DNA of 64,000 nt from Octopus vulgaris. Lineage: Eukaryota. Numbering within the stretch: the first letter of the stretch is position 1; every line of letters begins with the position of its first letter. Location of the stretch: the NCBI GenBank assembly GCA_951406725.2, contig OX597819.1, positions 23,870,001-23,934,000 of the forward strand, written 5' to 3'. The position numbers and the translations under genes are program-made. Positions 27,504 through 40,040 of the stretch are shown piece after piece. The notes beneath the pieces are model-generated. The model did no database searches and had not been told where the DNA came from. It saw only the letters and a list, made by a program, of their open reading frames with translations.

Positions 27504-27927
27504 CGCAGGAGTGGCTGCGTGGTAAGTAGCTTGCTAACCAACCACATGGTTCTGGGTCCAGTCCCACTGCGTGGCATCTTGGGCAAGTGTCTTCTGCTAT
27601 AGCCTCGGGCTGGCCAATGCCTTGTGAGTGGATTTGGTAGACGGAAACTGAAAGAAGTCTGTCGAATATATACATATATATATATATATGTATGTGTGTG
27701 CGTTTGTGTGTCTGTGTTTGTCCCCCTATCATTGCTTGACAACCGATGCTGGTGTGTTTACGTCCCCGTCACTTAGCGGTTCGGCAAAAAGATACCGATA
27801 GAATAAGTACTGGGCTTACAAAAGAATAAGTCCCGGGGTCGATTTGCTCAAACCAAAGGCGGTGCTCCAGCATGGCCGCAGTAAAAATGACTGAAACAAG
27901 TAAAAGAAAAGAAAAGAAAAGAAAGAA
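27504..27927 (+). mobile_element. SINE family A, full length
   Basis: Complete head, internal TA/TG run and a (aaaag)n tail. Confidence 0.9.
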
Positions 27928-28071
27928 ACTTCCCAAGAAGAAAACATAAAATTACTCAGGGTACTGGCGGAAACCGCTATTGTGGTGCCGGACTGGGTGT
28001 AATAATACTAACTTTAAACTTTCAAAAACATAATTGAACCAGAATAAAACTATCCAGAGCAAATGGAGATT

Positions 28072-28548
28072 GGATCTTTTCGATTTGAACGGCATTTTTT
28101 AACATAATTTCCAGGCAAGTAAAAAATTTTAAACTTCGTATACTGGTAGAATGTGTTTATAAAACATCTTTTTCTCTTGGCTTTATTGAGAAAATTCTAT
28201 AGTTTGTAAGATATTTGTTGCTTTTTTTTCTTCAATTTCTGCAATTTCAACTAATCACTGACGTCTACTGAGGTAAAAATCATTTTGTGCCGTATGAATA
28301 TGTCCCTCGTTTAAGAAACAGAATTGGTTTATTTACATTTGTGAAGAAAAAAAGATACCCTTCCTCCCACCCCTAACCCTAACCCTAACCCTAACTAACC
28401 CTAACTAACCCTAACCCTAACTAACCCTAACTAACCCTAACCCTAAAACAGATTGAAATGCAATAGATCGATACTAGGGTCATAATCATGGGTGACAATT
28501 TCATATGACACCGCTAGAAAAAAACTGCCGTTCAAACAGAAAAGATCC
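28072..28548 (-). mobile_element. MITE family D (GG-terminal TIRs, 8-bp TSD) with expanded CCCTAA repeats
   Basis: TIRs ggatcttttcgatttgaacggca / tgccgttcaaacagaaaagatcc; TSD tggagatt/tggggatt; telomere-like array at 28371-28446. Confidence 0.88.
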
Positions 28549-28869
28549 TGGGGATTTAACGTTTCTTCAATGTTCTCTGAATTTAGTATCATTTTAACCA
28601 ATAAGCTATGGCTCTATGCCCATATTCAAAATATTTAAAACGCCATCTTGCTTATTATTGTTTAGCTTCAGGCTAGGCGTCATCCAGCAGATCTCTGATC
28701 AAGGATGCTCTATTCATAACCAGCCTCTTTATTTGTACAGCTGTGGATTTACTACTAGTTTCGATGATGAGGAGTAAGATGTTTCATCAATAGAATCGCT
28801 CCACATCAAATTATTGAGTGGCAATGCAATTTTCAGGCAACATTAATGTGAAACTATGTGAGAAGCGGA

Positions 28870-29024
28870 GCAGGCGCTGGCGCGGCTGTGTAGTAAAAAC
28901 TTTCTTTCCCAACCACAAAATTCCGGGTTTAGTCCCACTTAGGCAAATGTCTTCTACTATAATCATGGCCGACCAAATCCTTGTGAGTGGATTTGGTAGA
29001 TAGAAACTGAAAGAAACCTATTGC

Positions 29025-29061
<37 letters not shown>

Positions 29062-29745
29062 TGTATGTATGTATGCATGTATGTATACTCTTTTCTCTTT
29101 ACTCTTTTACTTTTTTTACTTGTTTCAGTCATGTCGCTGTGGCCATTCTGGAGCATCGCCTTTAGTCGAGCAAATCGACCCCAGGACTTATTCTTTGTAA
29201 TGCTTAGTATTTATTCTCTCGGTCTCTTTTGCCGAACTGCTAAGTTACGGGAACGTAAACACACCAGCATCGGTTGTCAAGCGATGTTGGGGGGGGGGAG
29301 ACACACAAACACACACATATATATAGATACATACGACGGGTTACTTTCAGTTTCCATCTACCAAATCCACTCACAAGACTTTGGTCGGCCCGAGGCTATA
29401 GTAGAAGACACAAGTCCAAGATGCCACGTAGTGGAATTGAACCCGGAACAATGTGGTTCGTAAGCCAAGCTACTTACCACAAACCCACTACTACACCTGT
29501 GCATGTATTATGTATGTGTGTGTGTGTGTATGTTTGTGTAGGTCCTCCAACACTGCTTGAAAACGGTACTGGTGTGTTCACATCTACATAACATAGCGGT
29601 TCGGCAAAAGCGACTGCGATAGAATAAGAACCAGGTTTTAAAACAATGTAAGCACTGGGGGGGGGGGGGATTCTTTCGACTAAAATTCTTCTAAGTGGTG
29701 CCCCAGCATGGCCGCAGCCCGATGACTGAAACAAGTAAAAGATAA
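28870..29745. mobile_element. Nested SINE A: a minus-strand copy (about 29088-29500) inside a plus-strand copy
   Basis: The plus-strand head (28870-29030) and tail (29520-29745) flank an antisense full copy. Confidence 0.75.
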
Positions 29746-29959
29746 AGGCAAGCATGAATTTACGAATTGCAGAAACAACCTACAAAGAGAAGAATAAATG
29801 ACTGCAACCGAGGATAAAACGCGAAGCTGACTTCGGTGGTGATTCGAACTTAAAGCGCAGTGATTGAGAACGAATAAAGCAACGTATGCAAAGTACTGCT
29901 CTAACGACACTACTATTCGTAACATTTCTCTTTTTGTATAGAAGGGTCATTGTCCAATT

Positions 29960-30318
29960 GTGGAGGCGCAATGGCCCAGTGGTTAGGGCAGCGGACTCAC
30001 GGTCATAGGATCGCGGTTTCGATTCCCAGACCGGGCGTTGTGAGTGTTTATTGAGCGGAAACACCTAAAGCTCCACGAGTCTCCGGCAGAGGATGGTGGT
30101 GATCCCTGCTGTACTCTTTCACCACAACTTTCTCTCACTCTTACTTCCTGTTTCTGTTGTACCTGTATTTCAAAGGGCCGGCCTTGTCACTCTCTGTGTC
30201 ACGCTGAATATCCCCGAGAACTACGTTAAGGGTGCACGTTAATTTCACGAGCAGGCTGTTCCGTTGATTCGGATCAACCGGAACCCTCGTCGTCGTAACC
30301 GACGGAGTGCTTCCATTC
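29960..30318 (+). mobile_element. SINE family C, 12-bp TSD
   Basis: TSD cattgtccaatt at 29948-29959 and 30319-30330; A box tggcccagtgg and B-box-like ggtttcgattccc. Confidence 0.92.
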
Positions 30319-30459
30319 CATTGTCCAATTAGTCGACTAATTTTTATTTAGCCTATGTAAAACAGACCAGGAAAAATGTTCCAGCAATGACCATCCGATT
30401 TTTTTTCTAGACTTGGCATTCCTTTTTTAAGGAGATAAGTTATGAAAATGAGAGATTTA

Positions 30460-30882
30460 GGATATTTTCGGTTTGAATGGCAGTTTTTTCTAGCGGTGTC
30501 ATATGAAATTGTTACCCATAATTATGACCCTAGAATCGATCTATTGCATTTCAATCTGTTTTTGGGTTAGAGTTAGGGTTAGGGGTGGGTGGAAAGGTAT
30601 TTTTTTCTTCACAAATGTAAAAATAAACCCAATCTGTTTCTTAAACGAGGAACATATTCATACGGCACAGAATGTTTTTTACCTCAATAGACGTATTTGA
30701 TTGGTTGAAATTGCAGAAATTGAAGAAAAAAACAACAACAAATGTCTTACAAACTATAGAATTTTTTCAATAAAGCCAAGAGAAAAAGATGTTTTATAAA
30801 CACATTCTACCAGTATACGAAGTTTAAATTTTTTTAGTTACCTAGAAATTGTTAAAAACTGCCGTTCAAACAGAAAAGATCC
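30460..30882 (+). mobile_element. MITE family D
   Basis: TIRs ggatattttcggtttgaatggcagttttt / aaaaactgccgttcaaacagaaaagatcc; exact 8-bp TSD gagattta. Confidence 0.9.
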
Positions 30883-31689
30883 GAGATTTATAGAAAATTC
30901 CTCTTTGGTTTTGGGTCCTTTCAATTTTTAAGACGCAAGGTTTGACCCGAAAGAGATTTAGCTATTATTTTTAGCATATCGGTTGACCACGTAGAAACCT
31001 TCTTATCAGTGTGATGCTACAATTGCTAAAGTAAACAAACAAGAAAATAAAAACAAAACAAAAAATTATACATTTCACTAATCTCTCTCTCTATTTTGAT
31101 GTTAAACCTGAATAAACATTTGCAGAATGCAAGCAAATTTCATGAACTTTGACTTAAGAAAAAGCAAAAAAATTGAGGACGGTCAACAAGTGTGTAATTC
31201 TGGAGCTATGTTAAAGATGGAATATGTTGTCATGGGTTAATCTCGATAAGAATATTTCTGGTTTTACGCCATGCAAATCTTAGTTTTAAAGTGTAGAGGC
31301 TATGAAGGCATTGCCCTGTTGGATGATGTGATGACGTTATTTTAGCTGACATCAAAGGGCAATAGACATTGGCATAATTCTTCAGATTAGAAATGATCAG
31401 AATTTAAATTTTATCTTTTAGTTACACCAGCAGAACCGTTAGAGCGACCGTTAGGACGACAGAAAAAAAAAAAACTGCTTCGCAGTATTCATTACATTTA
31501 TATCGTAGGTTCAAATCCTGCGGAGGTCGAATTTGGCTTTCATCTTTCTGGGATCGATAAAAGTAAGTATCAATCAATATTCGCCTGTTCCTTATTCCAA
31601 GATCAGCGTGCAGCCTTGTGCCGATGTTAGAAATCAATACTTTTCTAATGGCTCCGAGGAAAGATATTTGATTCGCATCTTCGTTTATA

Positions 31690-31925
31690 TGGTAATCCCT
31701 CGCCATATCGCGGTTCACCTATCACGGTTCGCCTATCGCGGTTTATCATTTAAGCTTACGTCGATTCCTCTGTGGTGCTGTTATGTATTTACATTAAAAT
31801 AAATATATACAAACTATAAAAATAATAAAAGAAATATACCGTACAGTACTGTTTCCGCTTTGCAGATTTTCACCTATCGCGGGATGTTTAGGAACGTAAC
31901 ACCCGCGATAATTGAGGGATTACTG
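31690..31925. mobile_element. pogo/Tigger-like MITE
   Basis: TIRs (tg)gtaatccctcg..atatcgcgg / ccgcgataattgagggattactg flanked by TA; subterminal ctatcgcgg repeats. Confidence 0.7.
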
Positions 31926-32251
31926 TACGCTGTTCTTGTAAAAGCCTGAAGCTGTACAAAATTGTAAGAAACAATGATTACAAAGCTTTATTGATAGAGA
32001 CAAGACAACCCAGGACATATTGGCTACGCAATGAAGAAGTATACAGTTTCGGTTCTGACTTCAAATTCCGCTGAGCTCATCTTTGTGAGAGAGATGGAGG
32101 TGACGCGGTCGGGAGGGCCATATGCATAAACGTAATTGCTGTTAGGTGTGTATGCGTGTGTGTATCTACATTACATACTCCTAACAACAATTATGTTTAT
32201 GTGTACATACATATATATGAGATGGGTGTGTGTGTGTGTGTGTACATATAC

Positions 32252-32657
32252 TCTTTTACTCTTTTACTTGTTTCAGTCATTTGACTGCGGCCATGCTGGA
32301 GCACCGCCTTTAGTCGAGCAAATCGACCCCGGGACTTATTCTTTGTAAGCCCAGTACTTATTCTATCGGTCTATTTTGCCGAACCGCTAAGTGACGGGGA
32401 CGTAAACACACCAGCATCGGTTGTCAAGTAATGCTAGAGGGACAAACACAGACACACAAACACACACACATATTCATATATATACATATATACGACAGGC
32501 TTCTTTCAGTTTCCGTCTACCAAATCCACTCACAAGGCATTGGTCGGCCCGGGGCTGTAGCAGAAGACACTTGCCCAAGATGCCACGCAGTGGGACTGAA
32601 CCCGGAACCATGTGGTTGGTTAGCAAGCTGCTTACCACACAGCCACACCTGCGCCTA
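32252..32657 (-). mobile_element. SINE family A, full length (young)
   Basis: Near-identical to 48902-49318. Confidence 0.92.
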
Positions 32658-32696
32658 TAAAAACTATGAGGTGTGCGCGCGAGCGTTGAAATCTTT

Positions 32697-32907
32697 TATT
32701 TCTTCAACTTGTTTCAGTCATTAAACTGCGGCCATTCTGGGGCACTGCTCAGAAGGTTTTGGTCGAACAAATTTATCTTAATACTTCTTTCTGTGTTCTT
32801 TTAAAGCCCGGTACTTTTGTCGAACCGCTAAGTTACTGGGACATAAACAAACCAACTCCGGTTGTCAAGGGGTACGATGGTAGCAAAACACAAACACACA
32901 CGCACGC

Positions 32908-32955
<48 letters not shown>

Positions 32956-33120
32956 ACACACACACGTATAAATACTACGGCTTCTACACAGTTACCATCT
33001 ACCAAATTACTAGATCCACTCACAAGGCACTGGGTGGGAAGAGTGAGGCTATCTATCGTCGGTGACTAAATCCGAAACCACATGGATGCAAAGCTAGCTT
33101 CTTATCAACGGTCATGCTTA
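32697..33120 (-). mobile_element. SINE family A copy (old), tandem to the previous copy
   Basis: Family A tail, CA run and atccactcacaaggcactgg. Confidence 0.7.
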
Positions 33121-33828
33121 ACGCTTGTAAGATATAATTTCGAATTTCAGCAAATTAGCAAAACATTATTTTGTGTTTTCCTTACCTTCCAAATTATCCA
33201 AAAATAATAAATAAATTGTTTCATTGATTTGATCAGTTAACCAAAGTGTTTAGGTTAAGCTATCGTATTTGACGGTGGTGAATAAGTAGCTCGTTTCATC
33301 ACTTAAATTCCCATTTGGTGAAACATAATATGAAAGAAAACAAAACACAACCATGATTTGTTTTAGTCTGTGTGTCTGTGTAGAAACGCAAAATTGTCGC
33401 CAAAAATGATAAAATTTGACTGGTCATCTTTCTCCGGACATAATTTGCGGTCAAGATAATCTCAAATATTTTTCTTTATCTGCATATTCTAAAATGTAAT
33501 TAGATAGCTAAGTGTATGTTGTCTCTGGTCACGTAGTTTCCCGTGAAACGTAATTATACATACGGAAGCCAATCCATGGCAACGGAGAGATGGCTGGTTT
33601 ACTTCAGCAATATTAGTTTTTCTCGTGTCAGATCAGCTCGATTTGATAGCTACCGTTAATAGTTTTAGGTCACTTAGGACTATCCCAAGAGACTTGAGTG
33701 ATAAAGGAATACATTCCCTTTTTTACAAACCGTGTGATAACAATACATGTAAATGTTTTTTCTTATCATCATTCGCATTAGTTCATGCGTTGTTTCATGC
33801 TCGGAATAAGCATTACTTTGTTTCATTG

Positions 33829-33904
<76 letters not shown>

Positions 33905-33910
33905 TAATTA

Positions 33911-34450
33911 TATACATAATTATAACAAGGGCTTGGCTTGCGCCTCACCACGCATTGTAAAATAGACGTCGAAAGACACTATTACCACCATAAATTCTCC
34001 GAGAAAAACATACAACATAATAGGCTAATAGAAGAAAGAAAACGAATTAAAGCTTTGGTTAACCGCGTACATGATCGTGCTTCGGGGTTAAAGTAATAAA
34101 AAACATTACCTCTTTGCCTTCAACAGCGTCGGTAAAGCCAGACATATATATATACGAGTGGCCACGGATATAAGATAAGCGAAGACGCAGCTTGCTTGCA
34201 TATCCGTGGCCACTCCTATTTATATGCCTATTTATACCGACGTTGATGAAGGCAAAAAGGTATTAGTTTTTATTACTTTAAGCCCGAAACACGATTATGT
34301 ACGCGGTTAAACAAAGTTTTAATTCATTTTCTTTCTTCTGCTAGCCTATTATGTAATGTGTTTTTCTCGGACAATTTATGGTGTTCTTTTGACGTCTATT
34401 TTTCAGTGCGTGGCAAGGGGCAAGCCAAGCCCTTGTTATAATTATGTATA
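33911..34450. repeat. 540-bp imperfect palindrome; each arm holds a decayed hammerhead motif
   Basis: The arms run from tatacataattataacaagggcttggcttg to caagccaagcccttgttataattatgtata. HHR-like motifs lie at 34062-34133 (-) and 34236-34307 (+). Confidence 0.85.
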
Positions 34451-34536
34451 TACTTATAAAATATTTATAAAATTTACCTATGAGATTTTATTTCAGCGCT
34501 GGCCACTTGGTAAAAATCATTTATGTTTTTACTCTT

Positions 34537-34592
<56 letters not shown>

Positions 34593-34686
34593 TGGTAAAA
34601 ACGGTAAGATAACAAAAGAAAGAAAGAGACCTCAATATTATGTAAATAGAGGAAATTTATCTATAAAATAATATGTTACATTACTC

Positions 34687-34764
34687 GATAGTCAAGATAA
34701 AACTCTGAGTTTCAGATGCCGAAGTGGAAATCCACAACACCATCTCTTCGGTTATCTGGCTATC
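34687..34764 (-). ncRNA. Hammerhead-like motif with CCGAAGA core in a (TA)n-flanked insert (about 34592-34769)
   Basis: Minus strand: gatagccagataa-CCGAAGA-gatg..gtgga(tt)tccac..catct-GAAA-CTC-A-GAG-TT-ttatcttgactatc. Confidence 0.6.
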
Positions 34765-34766
34765 TA

Positions 34767-34806
<40 letters not shown>

Positions 34807-34947
34807 GGGGGGGGCGTGTGTGTGTGTGTGTATGCATACATTTACACACATTCATACACACACACATATACATATGCATACATTTATACACATTCATACA
34901 CACACATATACACATATATTTATTTATTTATTTTTAAGAAATAGTTA

Positions 34948-35180
34948 AGCGCGTGGCTTGAGCAAGACACTTTATCTCACTTTGTTTCAGTTCACTCATC
35001 TGGTAAAAACGAGTAGTACTTGCATTTCAAAGGAGCCAGCCACGACGCATTCTGTGTCACGCTGAATCTCCCCGAGAACTACGTTAAGGATACACGTGTC
35101 TGTGGAGTGCTCAGCCACTTGCACGTTAATTTCACGAGCAGGCAGTTCCGTTGATCAGATCAACCAGAACTCTTGTCGCC
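34948..35180 (+). mobile_element. SINE family C-related 3' portion
   Basis: tgtgtcacgctgaatctccccgagaactacgttaag...cacgttaatttcacgagcaggc. Confidence 0.75.
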
Positions 35181-35642
35181 ATTATTAGATAAATAGTTAA
35201 AAGAAGGTAAAATAATATTGAAATAAAGAAACATTGCACGGATCAAAATGCACGGTAGTTTTTAACGGTTTTTATTTCTATACACATCAATATACACAAC
35301 AAATCAGGGACAGGAAATTATGGTTATAGAACAACGTCTATGCATACAAAATTTTTGGTGAATTTAGCATTTTCATAGTTGGGATGTCTGTGAGATCTCT
35401 TATACACATTCTTCATTTATAGCACATTGTTCGGTAACAAAATTAATTTTAAAATGACTGTAAGAAAATAGTCATTCAAGTATTTTCTGAAATGATTAAA
35501 TGGAGGAAACTGAAGTGGATTATGCCTTGAGAGAACGAAATAGAAAAAGTGATAGACAGGTCGGTACTAGATTTGTAGATAAATAGATAGATAGACAAAT
35601 AGATGACTAGATAGATGACATTTTTTATTGTAAAGAAGTAAC

Positions 35643-36060
35643 GGATCTTTTCGGTTTGAACGGCAGTTTTTTCTAGCGGTGTCATATGAAATTGTCACCC
35701 ATTATTATAACCCTAGTATCGATCTATCGCATTTCAATCTGTTTTAGGGTTAGGGTTAGGGGTGGGGGGAAGGGTATATTTTTTTCTTCACAAATGTAAA
35801 TAAACCCAATATGTTTCTTAAACGAGGGACATATTCATACGGCACAGAATGCTTTTTAACTCAACAGAAGTCATTGATTGGTTGAAATTGCAGAAATTGA
35901 AGAAAAAAAAACAACAAATATCTTACAAACTATAGAATTTTCTCAATAAAGCCAAGAGAAAAAGATGTTTTATAAACACATTCTACCAGTATAGGAAGTT
36001 TAAAATTTTTTAGTTACCTAGAAATCATGTTAAAAACTGCCGTTCAAACCGAAAAGATCC
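35643..36060 (+). mobile_element. MITE family D (best-preserved copy)
   Basis: Perfect TIRs ggatcttttcggtttgaacggcagttttt / aaaaactgccgttcaaaccgaaaagatcc; exact TSD gaagtaac; (TTAGGG)3 at 35744. Confidence 0.93.
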
Positions 36061-36279
36061 GAAGTAACTTCTTAAAAAATTTAGTACAGAAAAAAACGAA
36101 ATTTATTCGTAAGATTTCAAACTTACTTTAAAAAGAAAATTTCTATTTTCGAAAATGGTTGTTTAATGTCTTTAACAACTGTATTGAGAAATATGTGTAT
36201 GTGTACATGCATACAAACATACATACATACATACATACATACATACATACATACATACATACATACATACATAATGTAG

Positions 36280-36328
<49 letters not shown>

Positions 36329-36709
36329 GAGTTGTGTGCGAAACCGGAAGTTATGTTATAAACAGTCAGATTTCACAAAAATAATTATTATGAAGTGAAA
36401 GAGCTGGCACAATTGCTAAGAAGTGTGGAAACATGCTTAGCAACATTTACCCCGTCTCTTTTCGTTCTGAGTTCAGATCCCACCTTTGCCTTTCGTCCTT
36501 TCAGGAGGAAAATTGACCTAGAAGGCATTGGTTAACTCAGGGCTGTAGTAGAAAACACTTAACCAAGGTGCCGTACAGCGGGACTGAACCTAAAATAACG
36601 TGGTGGCGAAATGAACTTCTTAACGACACATCCATTCTTGCATCTATTTGTACATATGAGATGGCATCAAAAGGTTCCCGTATTAGTTATCTATATATAT
36701 AAAAAAAGA

Positions 36710-36753
<44 letters not shown>

Positions 36754-36984
36754 CGTGTGTGTGCATGCGTGTAGTACGTATACATTTCTACAGTTTTCCA
36801 CCGTTTCGACCAAACTTTACACACACATTACTCATGTGCAAAGGATGGTCATGCACTATAACAGTTTTCCCAAGCTCCCGCGTAAAGCGAGAAACCGTGA
36901 AAAAACTGCGTTTTGCACGGGTTTTTCTCTTATCGATTGTATGGGGAGAATATGAATTTTTGAAGAGCCCAAGCCTTCTGAAGT

Positions 36985-37405
36985 TTCTTATTTCTTTACT
37001 GCTGACAAGGGGCTGAACATAGAGGGGACAAACAAGGACAGACAAACGGATTAAGTCTATTATATCAACCCCAGTGCGTAAATGGTACTTAATGTATCGA
37101 CCCCGAAAAGATGAAAGGCAAATTCGACCTCAGAGGAATTTGAACTCAGAACGTAAAGACAGACGAAATACCTATTTCTTTACTACCCACAAGGGGCTAA
37201 AGACAGAGAGGACAAACAAGGACAGACAAACGGATTAAGTCGATTATATCAACCCCAGTGCGTAACTGGTGCTAATTTAATCGACCCCGAAAGGATGAAA
37301 AGCAAAGTCGACCTCGGCGGAATTTGAACTCAGAACGTAAGGACGGACGAAATACGGCTACGCATTTCGCCCGGCGTGCTAACGATTCTGCCAGCTCGTC
37401 GCCTT
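36985..37405 (-). mobile_element. Tandem dimer of SINE family B (type-1 tail)
   Basis: Two units of tatttctttact...acaaggggct..gaggacaaacaaggacagac...cggaatttgaactcagaacgtaa. Confidence 0.88.
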
Positions 37406-38564
37406 AATGAAGTTTCTATGCAGATCATTTGTTATGTTGGAACATAGGAACATATGAAAATCTGGATGTAAGGGCTGTAAGTTTTTCATAAATTGCCCAA
37501 TTCACATCTACTAGGCAGCTGATCACTGCAACGATGCATGACGTTTTTCTCCCTGTCCCATACAACCATATCTCACTTAATACGCTATTGGTAATATGTA
37601 ACCAAATACTACTTGTTGCATGGTCAGGCCTTAGGCGACTAAAATGCAACCCCATCAAACCTGTTTGGTAAAGAAGATAGTTTTCATTAAATATATCCCG
37701 CAGGATGGAAAGAAAACCCATTAAAAGCTGAAGGAAGTCAGTAGAGTCAACAGCCCTCCAACAACTGGAAGTAAAGGATTCCCAGTCTTTGTTTCGACAT
37801 CTCTGTAGGTGAAGGAATCGACGACATCACACCTGTCTCATAGCGAAGATGGAGATCTTGATCTTGCTTGTTTCTGGTCTACTTAGCTTTGTATGTGATG
37901 GTCTTAGTGGTGTTGTACTGCAAGCCGTCATTGACAGCCATAGTCCTTAACAACTAGGACGAGATAATTTGCCAGCTATGGTCATATTTGTCTACGAGAT
38001 GATAGCCACCACGAACGTATATAACTGGTCATCATTAATAAATCACACAAATACCAACCACCGAACAAGTTCGAACGTTACAGTTCACTCGTTAATATAG
38101 GTAGGGAGGTCATGAACGTCACCACTTTTAGTTTCATAATAAGTCATGCATATGTAAGAAACAGTTATTAGAGTCAGAAAAATAATGGCCATAAAGGAGA
38201 GAAAGAACCAATTAGTCAGATAAATTGGTTCACATCGGGGTCTTTATAGACTGGAATTAAAGGTCCTTTATTGCTTCTATGAAAGTTACGCTGATTTAGA
38301 ATTAATTCAGTCGACATTTATATAGACTGTTATTATTTTGCTTCAAGGAGAGCGAAAATATGATGTTGCCAGAAACCAGTGTTTTATTTAAGAGCACCAA
38401 ATCAATCAAACAAAACAAATGTAGAATTTGCTTAAAATCCAATCGATCGCTTTCAATAAGTTAATGAAGAGCAGCAAAGTGCGGTAACAGAGCGATAACA
38501 CGTGATAACAAGTGTTCTCGGAAAGAAATTAAACTGCATGAATTATATTTAATGACATGGATCC

Positions 38565-38851
38565 TATGTATGTATGTATGTATGTATGTATGTATGTATG
38601 TATGTATGTATGTATGTATGTATGCATGCATGTATGTATGTATGTATGTATGTATGTATGTATGTATGTATGTGTGTATGTATGTATGTATGTGTGTATG
38701 TATGTATGTATGTATGTATATATATATATATATATATATATACGTATATGTATGTATATATATATATGAATATATATATATATAAACATATACATACATA
38801 CACACACGCACACACACACATATATATATGTGTGTGCATACGTGTGTGTGT

Positions 38852-38882
<31 letters not shown>

Positions 38883-39115
38883 CGTGCGTGTGTGTATGTA
38901 TGTATATGTTTATATATATATATATATATTCATATATATATACATACATATACGTATATATATATATACATATTACACATACATATATATAGCTAGCAAC
39001 TCATATACAAACATATATTCATTCATACATCCATTCATGCATTCATCCATACGTACATGTATACCTCATACACATATACCTCATCACACACACATACATA
39101 CGTACATACATATAT

Positions 39116-39147
<32 letters not shown>

Positions 39148-39257
39148 GCATACCTTATGCATACCTATCTCATACACACGTATATACATACATCATAGCA
39201 CATACATACATACGTACAAACATATACACATATCTCATGCATACATACTTCATACAC

Positions 39258-39306
<49 letters not shown>

Positions 39307-39550
39307 TTATAAATACATGCATAAAAACATACATGGATGCATACCTCATACATACATACCTCATACACATATACATACACCATACATATATGCATTCATG
39401 CATACATACATACATGCATTCATGCGTGCATACATACATGCATACCTCATACATACGTACCTCATACATATATACATGCATCATACATACGTCATGCATG
39501 CATAGGTACATACATGCATATACATACATACATGCATATACATACATACA
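38565..39550. repeat. (TATG)n/(TA)n/(CATA)n compound microsatellite
   Basis: Visible runs with partial internal duplication. Confidence 0.85.
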
Positions 39551-39551
39551 T

Positions 39552-39936
39552 GTTGTTGGCACTCCTTCGCTTACGACGACGAGGGTTCCAGTTGATCCGA
39601 TCAATGGAACAGCTTGTTCGTAAAATTAACATACAAGTGGCTGAGCACTCCACAGACACGTATACCCTTAACGTAGTTCTCGGGGAGATTCAGCATGACA
39701 CGGAGCGTGACAAGGCTGGCCCCTTCAAATACAGGTACAACAGAAACAGGAAGTAAGAGTGAGAGAAAGTTGTGGTGAAAGAGTACAGCAGGGTTCGCCA
39801 CCATCCCCTGCCGGAGCCTCGTGGAACTTTAGGTGTTTTCGCTCAATAAACACTTGCAACGCCCGGTCTGGGAATCGAAACTGCGATCCTACGACCGCGA
39901 GTCCGCTGCCCTAACCACTGGGCCATTGCGCCTCCA
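39552..39936 (-). mobile_element. SINE family C, full length
   Basis: Matches 15586-15973 along its length. Confidence 0.9.
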
Positions 39937-40009
39937 CAATACACAAACATACATGCATACATACATGCATACACGTACATACATGCATACATACATACAT
40001 GCATACAAA

Positions 40010-40040
<31 letters not shown>

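Noticed and set aside
28371-28446. True telomere or chromosome-fusion scar
   Set aside because: It lies inside a TIR/TSD-bounded MITE whose other copies carry shorter versions.
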